Shown: positions 11,728-24,409, counted from the stretch's first letter. The stretch is 64,000 bases of DNA from Hyaloraphidium curvatum SAG 235-1 (GCA_025558095.1 JAIVFI010000025.1:1-64000); one strand, 5' to 3'. The notes: generated by a model from the letters alone, not told the origin. Made by a program: numbers and translations.

Positions 11728-13919
11728 ATGCCGCCGCCCGAGTCCGCGGCCGCGTCGCTCCACACACCCGCCGAACACACGCCGGGGACGGAGGCCTGCG
11801 AGCGCTGCCGCCGCCGGGGGTGGGAGGCGTCCGCCGCCGCACCGCCCGCCGCTGACTCGCGTTTCTCGACAGTCACCGGTGCCCCGGGGGGTTCCCCTGC
11901 GCCCTTTGCCTCGCTGCCAACGCGCGCTGCCAGATGCGGGGGGTCCGCAGGCCGGCGGCGCCGCGGGGCGGCTCGCCGCACGCCTTCCTGCCGCTCTCGC
12001 CGCCGCCCTCCGCCACGCTGGGGATTCTGGAGCCGCCGCCGCCCGCCGGCCCCGCCACGCAGCCCTTCTTCGAGCCGCTCTCGACCTCGATCATCGCGGG
12101 CAAGGCGGCTGCCTACGCCGCGCTGCTCGCTGCGCAGGGCCCGCCCGGCCTCGCTGCCTCCCACACGCCGGGCGCGCTGCCGCCGACGCCCGAGGAGCCG
12201 CGCAACGCCGCCTTCTCGACGGAGCCGGCGCTCTTTTCCTTCTCGCCCCAGGCGGTGTTCCCCGAGCTGTTCGAGCACGGCCCGCGCCGCACGTCGCACG
12301 GCTCGTCGTCCAGGCACCCGGGCTCCTTCTCCGCCGCCGCATCCGTCGCATCCGGCGACTCGTCGGGGCCCTCGGTCGCATCGTACCGCTCCCTGCCCCC
12401 TCACCGGCCCCCGCACACCCACCACGGGCTGACAATGGACGCCGTCGTCGTCTCGGACGCCGGCGCCCTGGTCCCCGTGCTCTCGGCCAGCCTGGGCTCC
12501 CCCGCCGCATCCGCCTACTCGGCCCTCGCACCCTTGTCGCTCTCCCCGAATCCCCTGCCCTTTTCCGCCTTCCCGCCGCCGCCGCAGGACCCGCCCGAGG
12601 ACCTGGACCTCGAGCCGGGAGCGGTCCCGCTCCTGCACGCATTCGCGTTCTTCCTCCCCCTGCCGCCCGTCATTTCCCGCGCGGCATTCCAGCGCTGCTC
12701 GGGGGCCGGGGGGCAGGCAGCGCCGGTGCCGCCAAACCTGCTGCTCGCCTACTCGGACACCCTGCTGCTGCTCGTCCTCGCGTGGGCGGGGGCCGAAGCC
12801 CTTGCGGAGGGCAGGGCCGAGCTGCCCGAGGGCGCGTGCATCTCGCGGACGCTGGATGCCCGGGCCGTGGCGGACGGACTGAGGGAGATGGCGCGGCCGA
12901 TGGTGGCCCGGGCCCTCAGGGGGCTGCTGGACTCGCCGGCCAGGGGGAGGCAGGCGATGGTCCCGGGAATGCTTTCGCGGCTCGCGTCGATCGCGGTGGC
13001 GGCGAGGATGATGCCTCAGGACAGGAGGGGTGGCAGGTCGCCGTGGACGGGCGCGCTGCTCGCCGCCGTGCGCGAGCTGGGCATCCTCCCGGCCTTGGCT
13101 TCCCCGGTGCCGCCGACGGACCCGTCTTCCTTCCTCGAGGAGCGCGAGTGGCTCCGCGTGGCGTGGCACCTCGCCGCCGCGGACGTGCTCGCCGGCGGCT
13201 TCTCCTCGACACCCCCGAGCCTCACGCTTGAAGCCATCCGCGCGCTGCCGCTGCCGTGCGACGACGCGCACTGCGAGGCCGCGCTGCAGCTCTGTGGCTC
13301 CCGCAGCCCCGTCGCCCTCCCCGTCGGATGGGCGAGACCCGTGGTGCCGACGGCGGGGGACCTCTCGGACCTGCTCGCCAACGGCGGCCCCGACCCCCTC
13401 CCCGCACTGCAATCCGATGCCCTCCCCTTCCTGGCCGCGGACCTCCTCTCCCGCGTCCGCGCCTTCCGCGGCTCCCTTCCCCCCGGGCTCTCCCTCGCGG
13501 ACCTCGCCATCCTCTCCCTCCCCCCCTCGGGCTCGTCCTCCTCCATCCCCCCGCGCATCCCTCAGGAGCGGCTCCCTCGCCTGCTCGCCCAGCGCGCATC
13601 GCTGCTGAGGTCGCAGGCCTTGCTGTCTGCCCTGCTCCCCCCCGACGCCCCCGACCCGCTCCCCACCTCGCTGTGCGCCCTCTCCCTCCTGCGCCTCCTC
13701 GAACCCCCCTCGCACCCCCCGGACGGATGGACCGCCCGCTGGGCCCCGCACTTTTCGCGCGCCGCGCTCGCCGCCCTCGAAGCATCACGGTGCGCGCACG
13801 CCCACGCGGAGGCGGGGCAGGCGCTCAGGAGGCTGCAGGGGTGGGCGGGGACCGAGGCGCCGGGCGCGCAGGTGGGGTTGGGGGAGGCGGCGGATGCGTG
13901 CGGGAGGGGGGGGTGGTGA
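11728..13919 (+). CDS. Zn2Cys6 transcription factor with degenerate fungal-TF middle homology region (mirror of 19787-21978)
   Basis: Removing intron 11820-11872 (GT..GCTGAC..AG) gives CERCRRRGHRCPGGFPCALCLAANARC, in frame with ORF 11934-13919; EEREWLRVAW...D...LPLPCDD motif. Confidence 0.85.
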
Positions 13920-14622
13920 GCCGGGGGGGTGGGGCGGGGATTCCCCGCCGCGCGCGCCTCGGTGGAGAGGCGGATGTACATAGCGGCGTCCGTGTGAATT
14001 GATGCGGATGCGTGATGCGGTGGCGGGTCGAGGTCCGGCGGGTGTCCGATGGGGTTGCGTTGGGGCTGTGCGGTGGTGCCGACGCGTTCATTCCTTCCCC
14101 TTCCGGCGACCATCCGCCTGCCGGAGTGCGATCCGCTAGGAAGCCCGCGTTTCGGCGGCTTGGGACGGGCAGTTGAGAGACCAGCCCGCCTCGGGGATGC
14201 AGTTGCCTGAGCCGGGTGGCGGGTGCGGGCTGTCGGCGAGGCGGGCGGACAAAGGGGACCGCCCGGGCGCACGGGACCGGGGATCCAAGGCTCCCGTGCA
14301 CGGGGACGAGCCGGGAAGCAGTCATCCCTCCCGCGTTGCTTGCCGCGTGCGATTGTCGCGGCGGGTCGGACCGGAGCATCGGAAGGTAGGGTGGCCCAGG
14401 CCGGCAACGGGCCCCGATGCGCCGACCCGGCATGCAACGGGGGCCTCCTAACCAAATCCGCTCCGTCCGGGCATGCCAAATGAGATAGCTTTCGTGCCCC
14501 ACGCGCCCTTGCTGCATCCGTGGATTCGCCGGCTGCGGGCGCATTTGCCTTGAGAGGACCGGCCGGCGGCTGGCCAGCGCGTGCGCCGCACCGCCGACCG
14601 CCTGTGGGCCCCGGGCCCCGCG

Positions 14623-16670
14623 ATGGCGCCCCGGGAGCTTGCGTGCGAGCCGTGCTCGAGACGGAAGCGGCCGTGCCGGCGGAGCCGCGCCGGCGGGCCG
14701 TGCAGCCGCTGCCTGCGGCTGGGCGACGGCGACAAGTGCGTGCCGGTCGACCCGACGCTCAGCAGGCGACAACGCGAGCGGCTGAAGCGGGAGGAGCGGG
14801 CGGCCGCGGAGGGGCCCACGCCGCACGCCGCATCGAGCGTGTCGCCGGCCGCCGGAGGGCGCGAGGGCTCGCCGGGCTCGGTCGGCAGCCCGCGCGGTGG
14901 CCGCTCGTCGTCGGGCCCGGCCCCCCACGCCGACCGGGCAGCCACGCCTCTCAGCGCCGCATCGGGCGCGGGCGGACCGGGGGCGGGCATCCCCTACGCC
15001 GCAGAGATCGAGGCGTACCTGGCCTCGTCGGTGCCGCGGCCGCCCGACGCCGCCGACTCGCTGCCCGACGCCGCGCTCTTCCCCGCGATCGCAGCCTACT
15101 GGGACATACACAACGTCATCTCCCCCGTCCTCCACCGCCTGGCATTCGAGGAGGCCTTCCTGGCGCCCGGCCCGCTGTACGGCAGCAGGCCCGTGGTGCT
15201 CCTGCTTGCGATGGCTGCCCGGGGCGCCCGCGGCGCCGAGATGCCCGGCGTGCCGGAGGAGGAGCGGCTGCGCTACGCCCGCGCCTTCTTCGCCCGCGCC
15301 CGCGACCTGCTGCTGGCCGCGGGAGCCGACCCGCCGGCCGACCGCAGGCTGACGCCCCTCGAGGCGAGCCAGGCCGCCCTCATTCTGATCGTCGCGGCGC
15401 TGCCCAACGGCATGGAAGGGGACCTGGACACGCTCATCGCCTACCTCGCCGCCAACATGGCCCTCCTCGGCCCCGACGACGACGGCCCACCCGCCGCGCC
15501 CATCGCCCACCTGCGCCGCGAGCTAGTGGTGCGGCTGCGCGTGTTCCAGACCTCGTCGGACCAGCTAGCAGCGCGGATCAGGCACGGCCAGCCGCTGCTC
15601 GGCGAGAGCGGCTTCGCCCTGCCGCGCGAGATGCCCGTCCCCGAGGGCATCTTCGAGCTGCCCTACGCCGGCGCCGCAGCATGGGGATCCGCCCCGCGGC
15701 TCGTCCTGGACCTCTCCCCGCTCGTGGCGTCCGAGCCGGACCCGGACGCGGTGCGCGCCGCCGTCGCCGACGTGATGCCGGGCATCTTTGCCGGGTGGTG
15801 CTCCCGCCTCGCCATGCTCTTCACCGCCGCCGCGCTGCACCGCCTGCAGGGCCGCCTGCGCTCGCTGTCCCGCTCCTCGGGGATCGACCCCATGAAGCTC
15901 GCCTCGCGCGATCCCTCGCCGGACGACACCCCCGAGGAGGTGCTCTACCGGTGCCTCGCCGGCGCCTCGGACGCCGCCGTCTCGGCCCTCGCCTCGGCTT
16001 TCCCCGCGCACGTCGCGGAGCCGCTGCACTCGGGTGACCCCTCCCCCCTGCTCGACCCGTCGTGCCCGTACTTCCCCGACGTCCGCCACGGCCACGCCTT
16101 CCTCTCGACCTACCTCGATTTCTGCGGGCACGGCATCCGGTCGTGGTTCTCGGATCCCGGCGTGCCGGACGACCGCTTCTTCGCCTCGACGCAGTTCCTC
16201 GCCGCCCTCGAGTGGGCCATCGTCGGCACGGGGATCATGCGCGGGCAGCTCCGCTCGGACCCGCGGCTGCGGTGGGCCAAGCCCGCCGCCGCGATCCCCG
16301 CGCTCGCGATCGGCGGGCTGCAGGCGGCGGCGCTGCGGGCGTGCGGGAGGGTGGGCGGGGGGCCCGGGGGGCTGCTGCCCGAGGGGGTGCTGGCGGACTG
16401 GATCGAGGACGCCGAGACGGCGGCGACGTACGTGGAGGCGGTGGCGACGCAGCTTCAGACGCTGGGTGGGTGGACTCGCGGGTCTGCGTGCCCATTGCGT
16501 GGCTGACGTGCATCCCCCTCCCCTTCCGACGACCCGCAGTGCCCATCGCCAAGGGCTTCCGCACCATGATCGCCGACACACGGCGCGCCGCGCTCTCCCC
16601 CGATGCCTCGGAGCCACCTCCAGCGTCGTTTGGCGGGACCGTGCTGCTGGGCGAGGCGTGGCTTAGTTAG
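14623..16670 (+). CDS. Telomere-adjacent Zn2Cys6 transcription factor; stop codon lies in the telomeric repeat
   Basis: CEPCSRRKRPC..CSRC..C cluster and PVLHRLAF MHR start. Intron 16466-16539 (GTGGGT..GCTGAC..CAG); last exon VPIAKGFRTM...GEAWLS then TAG at 16668-16670. Confidence 0.85.
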
Positions 16671-16789
16671 GTTAGGTTAGGTTAGGTTAGGGTTTAGGTT
16701 AGGTTAGGTTAGGTTAGGTTAGGTTAGGTTAGGTTAGGTTAGGTTAGGTTAGGTTAGGTAGGTTAGGTTAGGTTAGGTTAGGTTAGGTT
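16663..16789 (+). repeat. Telomeric repeat array (TTAGG)n
   Basis: About 25 tandem TTAGG units, G-rich strand pointing away from the genes, as expected at a chromosome end. Confidence 0.9.
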
Positions 16790-17062
16790 CGTTCGGAGTC
16801 GGTTCGGTTCGGTTCTGTATTCGGTCGGTTCCAGGGTTCGGTCTCTCTCGCCCCCACCCCGGCGGCGGCGGCCCCGTCGCGCGCTCCCTCTCTCCCTCCC
16901 CTCACCCTCACCTACCCCTCCCCCCCTCCCTCCCCCTCCCTCCCCTCCCCTAACTACCCTAACCCTCCCCTCCCTCCCTCACCTCACCTAACCTACCCTA
17001 CCCTACCTCCACCTCCACCTCACCTCACCTACCCTACCCTCCTCCCCACGCCATCGCCCACA
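16790..17062. other. Palindrome junction: degraded GGTTC units then degraded (CCTAA)n-like C-rich tract
   Basis: ggttcggttc..., then cctaac/cctacc/cctcac variants; an imperfect reverse complement of 16644-16660 at about 17046-17062. Confidence 0.8.
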
Positions 17063-19083
17063 CACGGTCCCGCCAAACGACGCTGGAGGTGGCTCCGAGG
17101 CATCGGGGGAGAGCGCGGCGCGCCGTGTGTCGGCGATCATGGTGCGGAAGCCCTTGGCGATGGGCACTGCGGGTCGTCGGAAGGGGAGGGGGATGCACGT
17201 CAGCCACGCAATGGGCACGCAGACCCGCGAGTCCACCCACCCAGCGTCTGAAGCTGCGTCGCCACCGCCTCCACGTACGTCGCCGCCGTCTCGGCGTCCT
17301 CGATCCAGTCCGCCAGCACCCCCTCGGGCAGCAGCCCCCCGGGCCCCCCGCCCACCCTCCCGCACGCCCGCAGCGCCGCCGCCTGCAGCCCGCCGATCGC
17401 GAGCGCGGGGATCGCGGCGGCGGGCTTGGCCCACCGCAGCCGCGGGTCCGAGCGGAGCTGCCCGCGCATGATCCCCGTGCCGACGATGGCCCACTCGAGG
17501 GCGGCGAGGAACTGCGTCGAGGCGAAGAAGCGGTCGTCCGGCACGCCGGGATCCGAGAACCACGACCGGATGCCGTGCCCGCAGAAATCGAGGTAGGTCG
17601 AGAGGAAGGCGTGGCCGTGGCGGACGTCGGGGAAGTACGGGCACGACGGGTCGAGCAGGGGGGAGGGGTCACCCGAGTGCAGCGGCTCCGCGACGTGCGC
17701 GGGGAAAGCCGAGGCGAGGGCCGAGACGGCGGCGTCCGAGGCGCCGGCGAGGCACCGGTAGAGCACCTCCTCGGGGGTGTCGTCCGGCGAGGGATCGCGC
17801 GAGGCGAGCTTCATGGGGTCGATCCCCGAGGAGCGGGACAGCGAGCGCAGGCGGCCCTGCAGGCGGTGCAGCGCGGCGGCGGTGAAGAGCATGGCGAGGC
17901 GGGAGCACCACCCGGCAAAGATGCCCGGCATCACGTCGGCGACGGCGGCGCGCACCGCGTCCGGGTCCGGCTCGGACGCCACGAGCGGGGAGAGGTCCAG
18001 GACGAGCCGCGGGGCGGATCCCCATGCTGCGGCGCCGGCGTAGGGCAGCTCGAAGATGCCCTCGGGGACGGGCATCTCGCGCGGCAGGGCGAAGCCGCTC
18101 TCGCCGAGCAGCGGCTGGCCGTGCCTGATCCGCGCTGCTAGCTGGTCCGACGAGGTCTGGAACACGCGCAGCCGCACCACTAGCTCGCGGCGCAGGTGGG
18201 CGATGGGCGCGGCGGGTGGGCCGTCGTCGTCGGGGCCGAGGAGGGCCATGTTGGCGGCGAGGTAGGCGATGAGCGTGTCCAGGTCCCCTTCCATGCCGTT
18301 GGGCAGCGCCGCGACGATCAGAATGAGGGCGGCCTGGCTCGCCTCGAGGGGCGTCAGCCTGCGGTCGGCCGGCGGGTCGGCTCCCGCGGCCAGCAGCAGG
18401 TCGCGGGCGCGGGCGAAGAAGGCGCGGGCGTAGCGCAGCCGCTCCTCCTCCGGCACGCCGGGCATCTCGGCGCCGCGGGCGCCCCGGGCAGCCATCGCAA
18501 GCAGGAGCACCACGGGCCTGCTGCCGTACAGCGGGCCGGGCGCCAGGAAGGCCTCCTCGAATGCCAGGCGGTGGAGGACGGGGGAGATGACGTTGTGTAT
18601 GTCCCAGTAGGCTGCGATCGCGGGGAAGAGCGCGGCGTCGGGCAGCGAGTCGGCGGCGTCGGGCGGCCGCGGCACCGACGAGGCCAGGTACGCCTCGATC
18701 TCTGCGGCGTAGGGGATGCCCGCCCCCGGTCCGCCCGCGCCCGATGCGGCGCTGAGAGGCGTGGCTGCCCGGTCGGCGTGGGGGGCCGGGCCCGACGACG
18801 AGCGGCCACCGCGCGGGCTGCCGACCGAGCCCGGCGAGCCCTCGCGCCCTCCGGCGGCCGGCGACACGCTCGATGCGGCGTGCGGCGTGGGCCCCTCCGC
18901 GGCCGCCCGCTCCTCCCGCTTCAGCCGCTCGCGTTGTCGCCTGCTGAGCGTCGGGTCGACCGGCACGCACTTGTCGCCGTCGCCCAGCCGCAGGCAGCGG
19001 CTGCACGGCCCGCCGGCGCGGCTCCGCCGGCACGGCCGCTTCCGTCTCGAGCACGGCTCGCACGCAAGCTCCCGGGGCGCCAT
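17036..19083 (-). CDS. Zn2Cys6 transcription factor, telomere-proximal (last codons garbled in this copy)
   Basis: Mirror of 14623-16670. Confidence 0.85.
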
Positions 19084-19786
19084 CGCGGGGCCCGGGGCCC
19101 ACAGGCGGTCGGCGGTGCGGCGCACGCGCTGGCCAGCCGCCGGCCGGTCCTCTCAAGGCAAATGCGCCCGCAGCCGGCGAATCCACGGATGCAGCAAGGG
19201 CGCGTGGGGCACGAAAGCTATCTCATTTGGCATGCCCGGACGGAGCGGATTTGGTTAGGAGGCCCCCGTTGCATGCCGGGTCGGCGCATCGGGGCCCGTT
19301 GCCGGCCTGGGCCACCCTACCTTCCGATGCTCCGGTCCGACCCGCCGCGACAATCGCACGCGGCAAGCAACGCGGGAGGGATGACTGCTTCCCGGCTCGT
19401 CCCCGTGCACGGGAGCCTTGGATCCCCGGTCCCGTGCGCCCGGGCGGTCCCCTTTGTCCGCCCGCCTCGCCGACAGCCCGCACCCGCCACCCGGCTCAGG
19501 CAACTGCATCCCCGAGGCGGGCTGGTCTCTCAACTGCCCGTCCCAAGCCGCCGAAACGCGGGCTTCCTAGCGGATCGCACTCCGGCAGGCGGATGGTCGC
19601 CGGAAGGGGAAGGAATGAACGCGTCGGCACCACCGCACAGCCCCAACGCAACCCCATCGGACACCCGCCGGACCTCGACCCGCCACCGCATCACGCATCC
19701 GCATCAATTCACACGGACGCCGCTATGTACATCCGCCTCTCCACCGAGGCGCGCGCGGCGGGGAATCCCCGCCCCACCCCCCCGGC

Positions 19787-21978
19787 TCACCACCCCCCCC
19801 TCCCGCACGCATCCGCCGCCTCCCCCAACCCCACCTGCGCGCCCGGCGCCTCGGTCCCCGCCCACCCCTGCAGCCTCCTGAGCGCCTGCCCCGCCTCCGC
19901 GTGGGCGTGCGCGCACCGTGATGCTTCGAGGGCGGCGAGCGCGGCGCGCGAAAAGTGCGGGGCCCAGCGGGCGGTCCATCCGTCCGGGGGGTGCGAGGGG
20001 GGTTCGAGGAGGCGCAGGAGGGAGAGGGCGCACAGCGAGGTGGGGAGCGGGTCGGGGGCGTCGGGGGGGAGCAGGGCAGACAGCAAGGCCTGCGACCTCA
20101 GCAGCGATGCGCGCTGGGCGAGCAGGCGAGGGAGCCGCTCCTGAGGGATGCGCGGGGGGATGGAGGAGGACGAGCCCGAGGGGGGGAGGGAGAGGATGGC
20201 GAGGTCCGCGAGGGAGAGCCCGGGGGGAAGGGAGCCGCGGAAGGCGCGGACGCGGGAGAGGAGGTCCGCGGCCAGGAAGGGGAGGGCATCGGATTGCAGT
20301 GCGGGGAGGGGGTCGGGGCCGCCGTTGGCGAGCAGGTCCGAGAGGTCCCCCGCCGTCGGCACCACGGGTCTCGCCCATCCGACGGGGAGGGCGACGGGGC
20401 TGCGGGAGCCACAGAGCTGCAGCGCGGCCTCGCAGTGCGCGTCGTCGCACGGCAGCGGCAGCGCGCGGATGGCTTCAAGCGTGAGGCTCGGGGGTGTCGA
20501 GGAGAAGCCGCCGGCGAGCACGTCCGCGGCGGCGAGGTGCCACGCCACGCGGAGCCACTCGCGCTCCTCGAGGAAGGAAGACGGGTCCGTCGGCGGCACC
20601 GGGGAAGCCAAGGCCGGGAGGATGCCCAGCTCGCGCACGGCGGCGAGCAGCGCGCCCGTCCACGGCGACCTGCCACCCCTCCTGTCCTGAGGCATCATCC
20701 TCGCCGCCACCGCGATCGACGCGAGCCGCGAAAGCATTCCCGGGACCATCGCCTGCCTCCCCCTGGCCGGCGAGTCCAGCAGCCCCCTGAGGGCCCGGGC
20801 CACCATCGGCCGCGCCATCTCCCTCAGTCCGTCCGCCACGGCCCGGGCATCCAGCGTCCGCGAGATGCACGCGCCCTCGGGCAGCTCGGCCCTGCCCTCC
20901 GCAAGGGCTTCGGCCCCCGCCCACGCGAGGACGAGCAGCAGCAGGGTGTCCGAGTAGGCGAGCAGCAGGTTTGGCGGCACCGGCGCTGCCTGCCCCCCGG
21001 CCCCCGAGCAGCGCTGGAATGCCGCGCGGGAAATGACGGGCGGCAGGGGGAGGAAGAACGCGAATGCGTGCAGGAGCGGGACCGCTCCCGGCTCGAGGTC
21101 CAGGTCCTCGGGCGGGTCCTGCGGCGGCGGCGGGAAGGCGGAAAAGGGCAGGGGATTCGGGGAGAGCGACAAGGGTGCGAGGGCCGAGTAGGCGGATGCG
21201 GCGGGGGAGCCCAGGCTGGCCGAGAGCACGGGGACCAGGGCGCCGGCGTCCGAGACGACGACGGCGTCCATTGTCAGCCCGTGGTGGGTGTGCGGGGGCC
21301 GGTGAGGGGGCAGGGAGCGGTACGATGCGACCGAGGGCCCCGACGAGTCGCCGGATGCGACGGATGCGGCGGCGGAGAAGGAGCCCGGGTGCCTGGACGA
21401 CGAGCCGTGCGACGTGCGGCGCGGGCCGTGCTCGAACAGCTCGGGGAACACCGCCTGGGGCGAGAAGGAAAAGAGCGCCGGCTCCGTCGAGAAGGCGGCG
21501 TTGCGCGGCTCCTCGGGCGTCGGCGGCAGCGCGCCCGGCGTGTGGGAGGCAGCGAGGCCGGGCGGGCCCTGCGCAGCGAGCAGCGCGGCGTAGGCAGCCG
21601 CCTTGCCCGCGATGATCGAGGTCGAGAGCGGCTCGAAGAAGGGCTGCGTGGCGGGGCCGGCGGGCGGCGGCGGCTCCAGAATCCCCAGCGTGGCGGAGGG
21701 CGGCGGCGAGAGCGGCAGGAAGGCGTGCGGCGAGCCGCCCCGCGGCGCCGCCGGCCTGCGGACCCCCCGCATCTGGCAGCGCGCGTTGGCAGCGAGGCAA
21801 AGGGCGCAGGGGAACCCCCCGGGGCACCGGTGACTGTCGAGAAACGCGAGTCAGCGGCGGGCGGTGCGGCGGCGGACGCCTCCCACCCCCGGCGGCGGCA
21901 GCGCTCGCAGGCCTCCGTCCCCGGCGTGTGTTCGGCGGGTGTGTGGAGCGACGCGGCCGCGGACTCGGGCGGCGGCAT
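19787..21978 (-). CDS. Zn2Cys6 transcription factor (one intron inside the Zn cluster)
   Basis: Mirror of 11728-13919; C-x2-C-x6-C-x5-C-x2-C-x6-C after splicing. Confidence 0.85.
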
Positions 21979-23152
21979 CGCTTGGGTGTTGAAGGCCGAG
22001 GACCAGCCGGGAGCAGGGGCCCGCCTCCAGGGTCGCCGCAGTGCCGACGCGCCGCCCGCTCTCGCGCCCCGCAGCACGCCGGGCACCGACCGTGCGCAGG
22101 ACGGATTCGGAGGGTTGGACGAACGCCCGGGAGGGCGGGCCGGCCGGATCGGGCGCACGCGGGGCGGAGGGACGTATGTGCGGGGCGGGTCCAGGCCCGC
22201 CGGACGGCCGATCGGCCGGCAGATGGGATCTTGGCCGCCTGACGCACCTCCCCGACCCGCGTCGGGGGGCCAAACCGCATCCAAGGAGACTCGCGGGCGG
22301 TGCACGTCTCGCACGGGAACGGCGGCCGCGCCTCCCCGCCCCGCGATGCTGGAGGCGGTGGTGTTGCGCCACCCAACACCGCCCGAACCATTCCTCGCGC
22401 CTCAGCGCCTCCCGCGCTCCGCTCCGCCTCCCGACCCCCTCCAACCCCCCAGTTCAATCCCATACATCGTCCGCACCGCCCGGGTTTTTCTCCGGCCCGC
22501 CCCGTCGGCCTTCGAGCGCGGGAGACCGCGACGGCGGCATCGGCCGGCGAGGGTCGGCGCCCCCGTCCCCCGAAATTCGCCCCCCCCCCCCCCCCCCCCC
22601 GCCTCGCTCGCACGGGGATGCGCACGAACAAGGTGCATTGCTGCGTGGAAATTCCGGACGACCTCGGCGGATGCATCGGCCCTCTTCCGTGCCTCCCCCG
22701 TCCGCCGGCGCCCGAGCTCACCTTGGGGACCCGAATCGGCACCGACGACCCGATCTTGCGGGACGCGCGGATTCCCCGGCCATCCGTCCGCGGCACCGTC
22801 GCCAGCTAGCCAATGCGCTCATCCCACTTCCTCGTGCGGGAGGCAGGCCCGGCGCGGGCCGCCAAGGCGGCGGAAGGACGTCGGGGCGGCGGGGGCGGAA
22901 GGGCCGGGGCCGTGTCGGCGCGGCCGACAGGGGGAACCCCTCCCGAGAGCCCAGCGGGTTCGCGGGACCGCGCGAGGGAGTGAGTTCTCTGGCACGGGCG
23001 GGAACGCGGTGCGTGCGGCGGAAGGCGCGGACGCTGCGCGGGGTGCAACGGGGGACGGGCGGTGAGGTTGAGTCACACATTCCTCTCGCGCACAAACCCT
23101 CGTCACCGAACCGACCACCCCGTAACAACCCCCCCTCCGTTGCCGGTTCCGA

Positions 23153-24409
23153 TCACGGAAACCCCCCCTCCGCAACGCGCAGCACCCCCTCCCCCGGATC
23201 CCACACCACGCGGATGCCCGACTGCGCGAGCGTGGTCCGGAACGGCCCGCCCTTGGGCACCGCTTGCGCAGCCCACCACGGCGCCTCGGCGAGGTCCGTC
23301 GGAGGTTCCCAGGGCAGCGATGCCGGCGTCGGCGGGGCGTCGGCGCCATCCGGGGAGGTGGCGCGGGCGGGGCCCAGCCACGGGTGCCCCAGCGCCTCGG
23401 CCGCCGACGGCCTGCCCTCCGGGTGCCGCGAGAGCAGCCTCGCCAGCAGGTCGCGGGCGCCCTCGGGCATTTCCCCCGCCGCTGGCATGTCCACGTCCGC
23501 CGCGACCACCCTCGCAAACAGCTCCGCCATGCTCGCCGAATCCTCGAACGGCGTCCTCCCCCTCAACATCTCGCAGAGCACCACCCCCGCGGCCCACAAA
23601 TCCGTTTTGCAATCGTACGGCCCGCCCGCCGCCGCCTCTGGGCTGAGGTAGTACGGCGTGCCCACCGCCGGGAAGGCCTGCCTGTGCCCCCGCGGCACAA
23701 GGGCCGGCAGGGAAGGGTGCGGCGAGCAGAACACGCTGGCGAGGTCCGCGAGGCAGAGCGTCCCCGGGCGGCCGTGCTCTCTGAACAGCAGGTTGGCCGG
23801 CTTCACGTCCCGGTGGATGATCCCGTGGGCGTGGAGGTGCGCCAGCGCCGAGAGCAGCGGCCGCATCGCCTCCGCCGCCTCCCCCTCGTCCAACCGGCCG
23901 CCCCTCCGGGCGAGAAACGAGTCCAGCGAGTCTGGGAGCACCTCCATGACCGCATAAAAGGCGTCCGCGGACTCGAAACCCTCGACGAACCGGGGCATGC
24001 TCGGGTGGGAGGCGGCAACGGGCGCGATGCGGTCCCACCGCGCCCTGGCGGCCCTCAGAATGTCCGGCAGCTCCGGCCCCATGGGTTTCATGACCTTCTT
24101 GAGGGCAAATATGCCGTTGGTGGCGACGCAGCGCACGGCGCGGACGTGGGCCTCGACGCCCACGCCCAGCTCCCTCCCGACGTCCTTGTAGGCTCTACGC
24201 CGCGCCCGGCCGTGCTTGAAAATGGCTTCCTCGTCGTCCGGCCCCGCACCGGTCGGGCCGCGGGGCGCCGCGCCCTCCGATGCCGACGACGCCACCGACC
24301 CGGCCGCCACGCTGCGCCCCGACGGCGCCCGGTCCACAGACCCGCCTGGTCCCCCCGGCGGCGCGGCGTCCGGGGCGGGGCCACCGCCGGGCCGGGGGAC
24401 GGCGCTCAT
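23153..24409 (-). CDS. Ser/Thr protein kinase, CAMK-like, intronless, DFG replaced by DLA
   Basis: Kinase subdomain motifs present; start set at ATG of MSAVPRPG. Confidence 0.9.
   Translation of the reverse strand: MSAVPRPGGGPAPDAAPPGGPGGSVDRAPSGRSVAAGSVASSASEGAAPRGPTGAGPDDEEAIFKHGRARRRAYKDVGRELGVGVEAHVRAVRCVATNGIFALKKVMKPMGPELPDILRAARARWDRIAPVAASHPSMPRFVEGFESADAFYAVMEVLPDSLDSFLARRGGRLDEGEAAEAMRPLLSALAHLHAHGIIHRDVKPANLLFREHGRPGTLCLADLASVFCSPHPSLPALVPRGHRQAFPAVGTPYYLSPEAAAGGPYDCKTDLWAAGVVLCEMLRGRTPFEDSASMAELFARVVAADVDMPAAGEMPEGARDLLARLLSRHPEGRPSAAEALGHPWLGPARATSPDGADAPPTPASLPWEPPTDLAEAPWWAAQAVPKGGPFRTTLAQSGIRVVWDPGEGVLRVAEGGFP

Larger units (their letters stand above)
1..16643. repeat. Left arm of a ~16.6 kb inverted duplication (reverse complement of 17063-33667); probably a fold-back artefact
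   Basis: Every ORF has a mirror; coordinates sum to 33706 inside the poly-G tract and 33705 outside it. Visible differences are the homopolymer length (G22 vs C21) and many indels in positions 1-980. Confidence 0.98.

Noticed and set aside
16663-17062. CRISPR array or ordinary microsatellite
   Set aside because: A 5-nt tandem unit with no spacers; orientation and position fit a telomere.
19955-23065. 1036-aa ORF and many other long Arg/Gly/Pro-rich ORFs (e.g. 10896-13751, 35372-37480)
   Set aside because: Shadow ORFs caused by extreme GC content; they are antisense or off-frame to genes with recognisable motifs.
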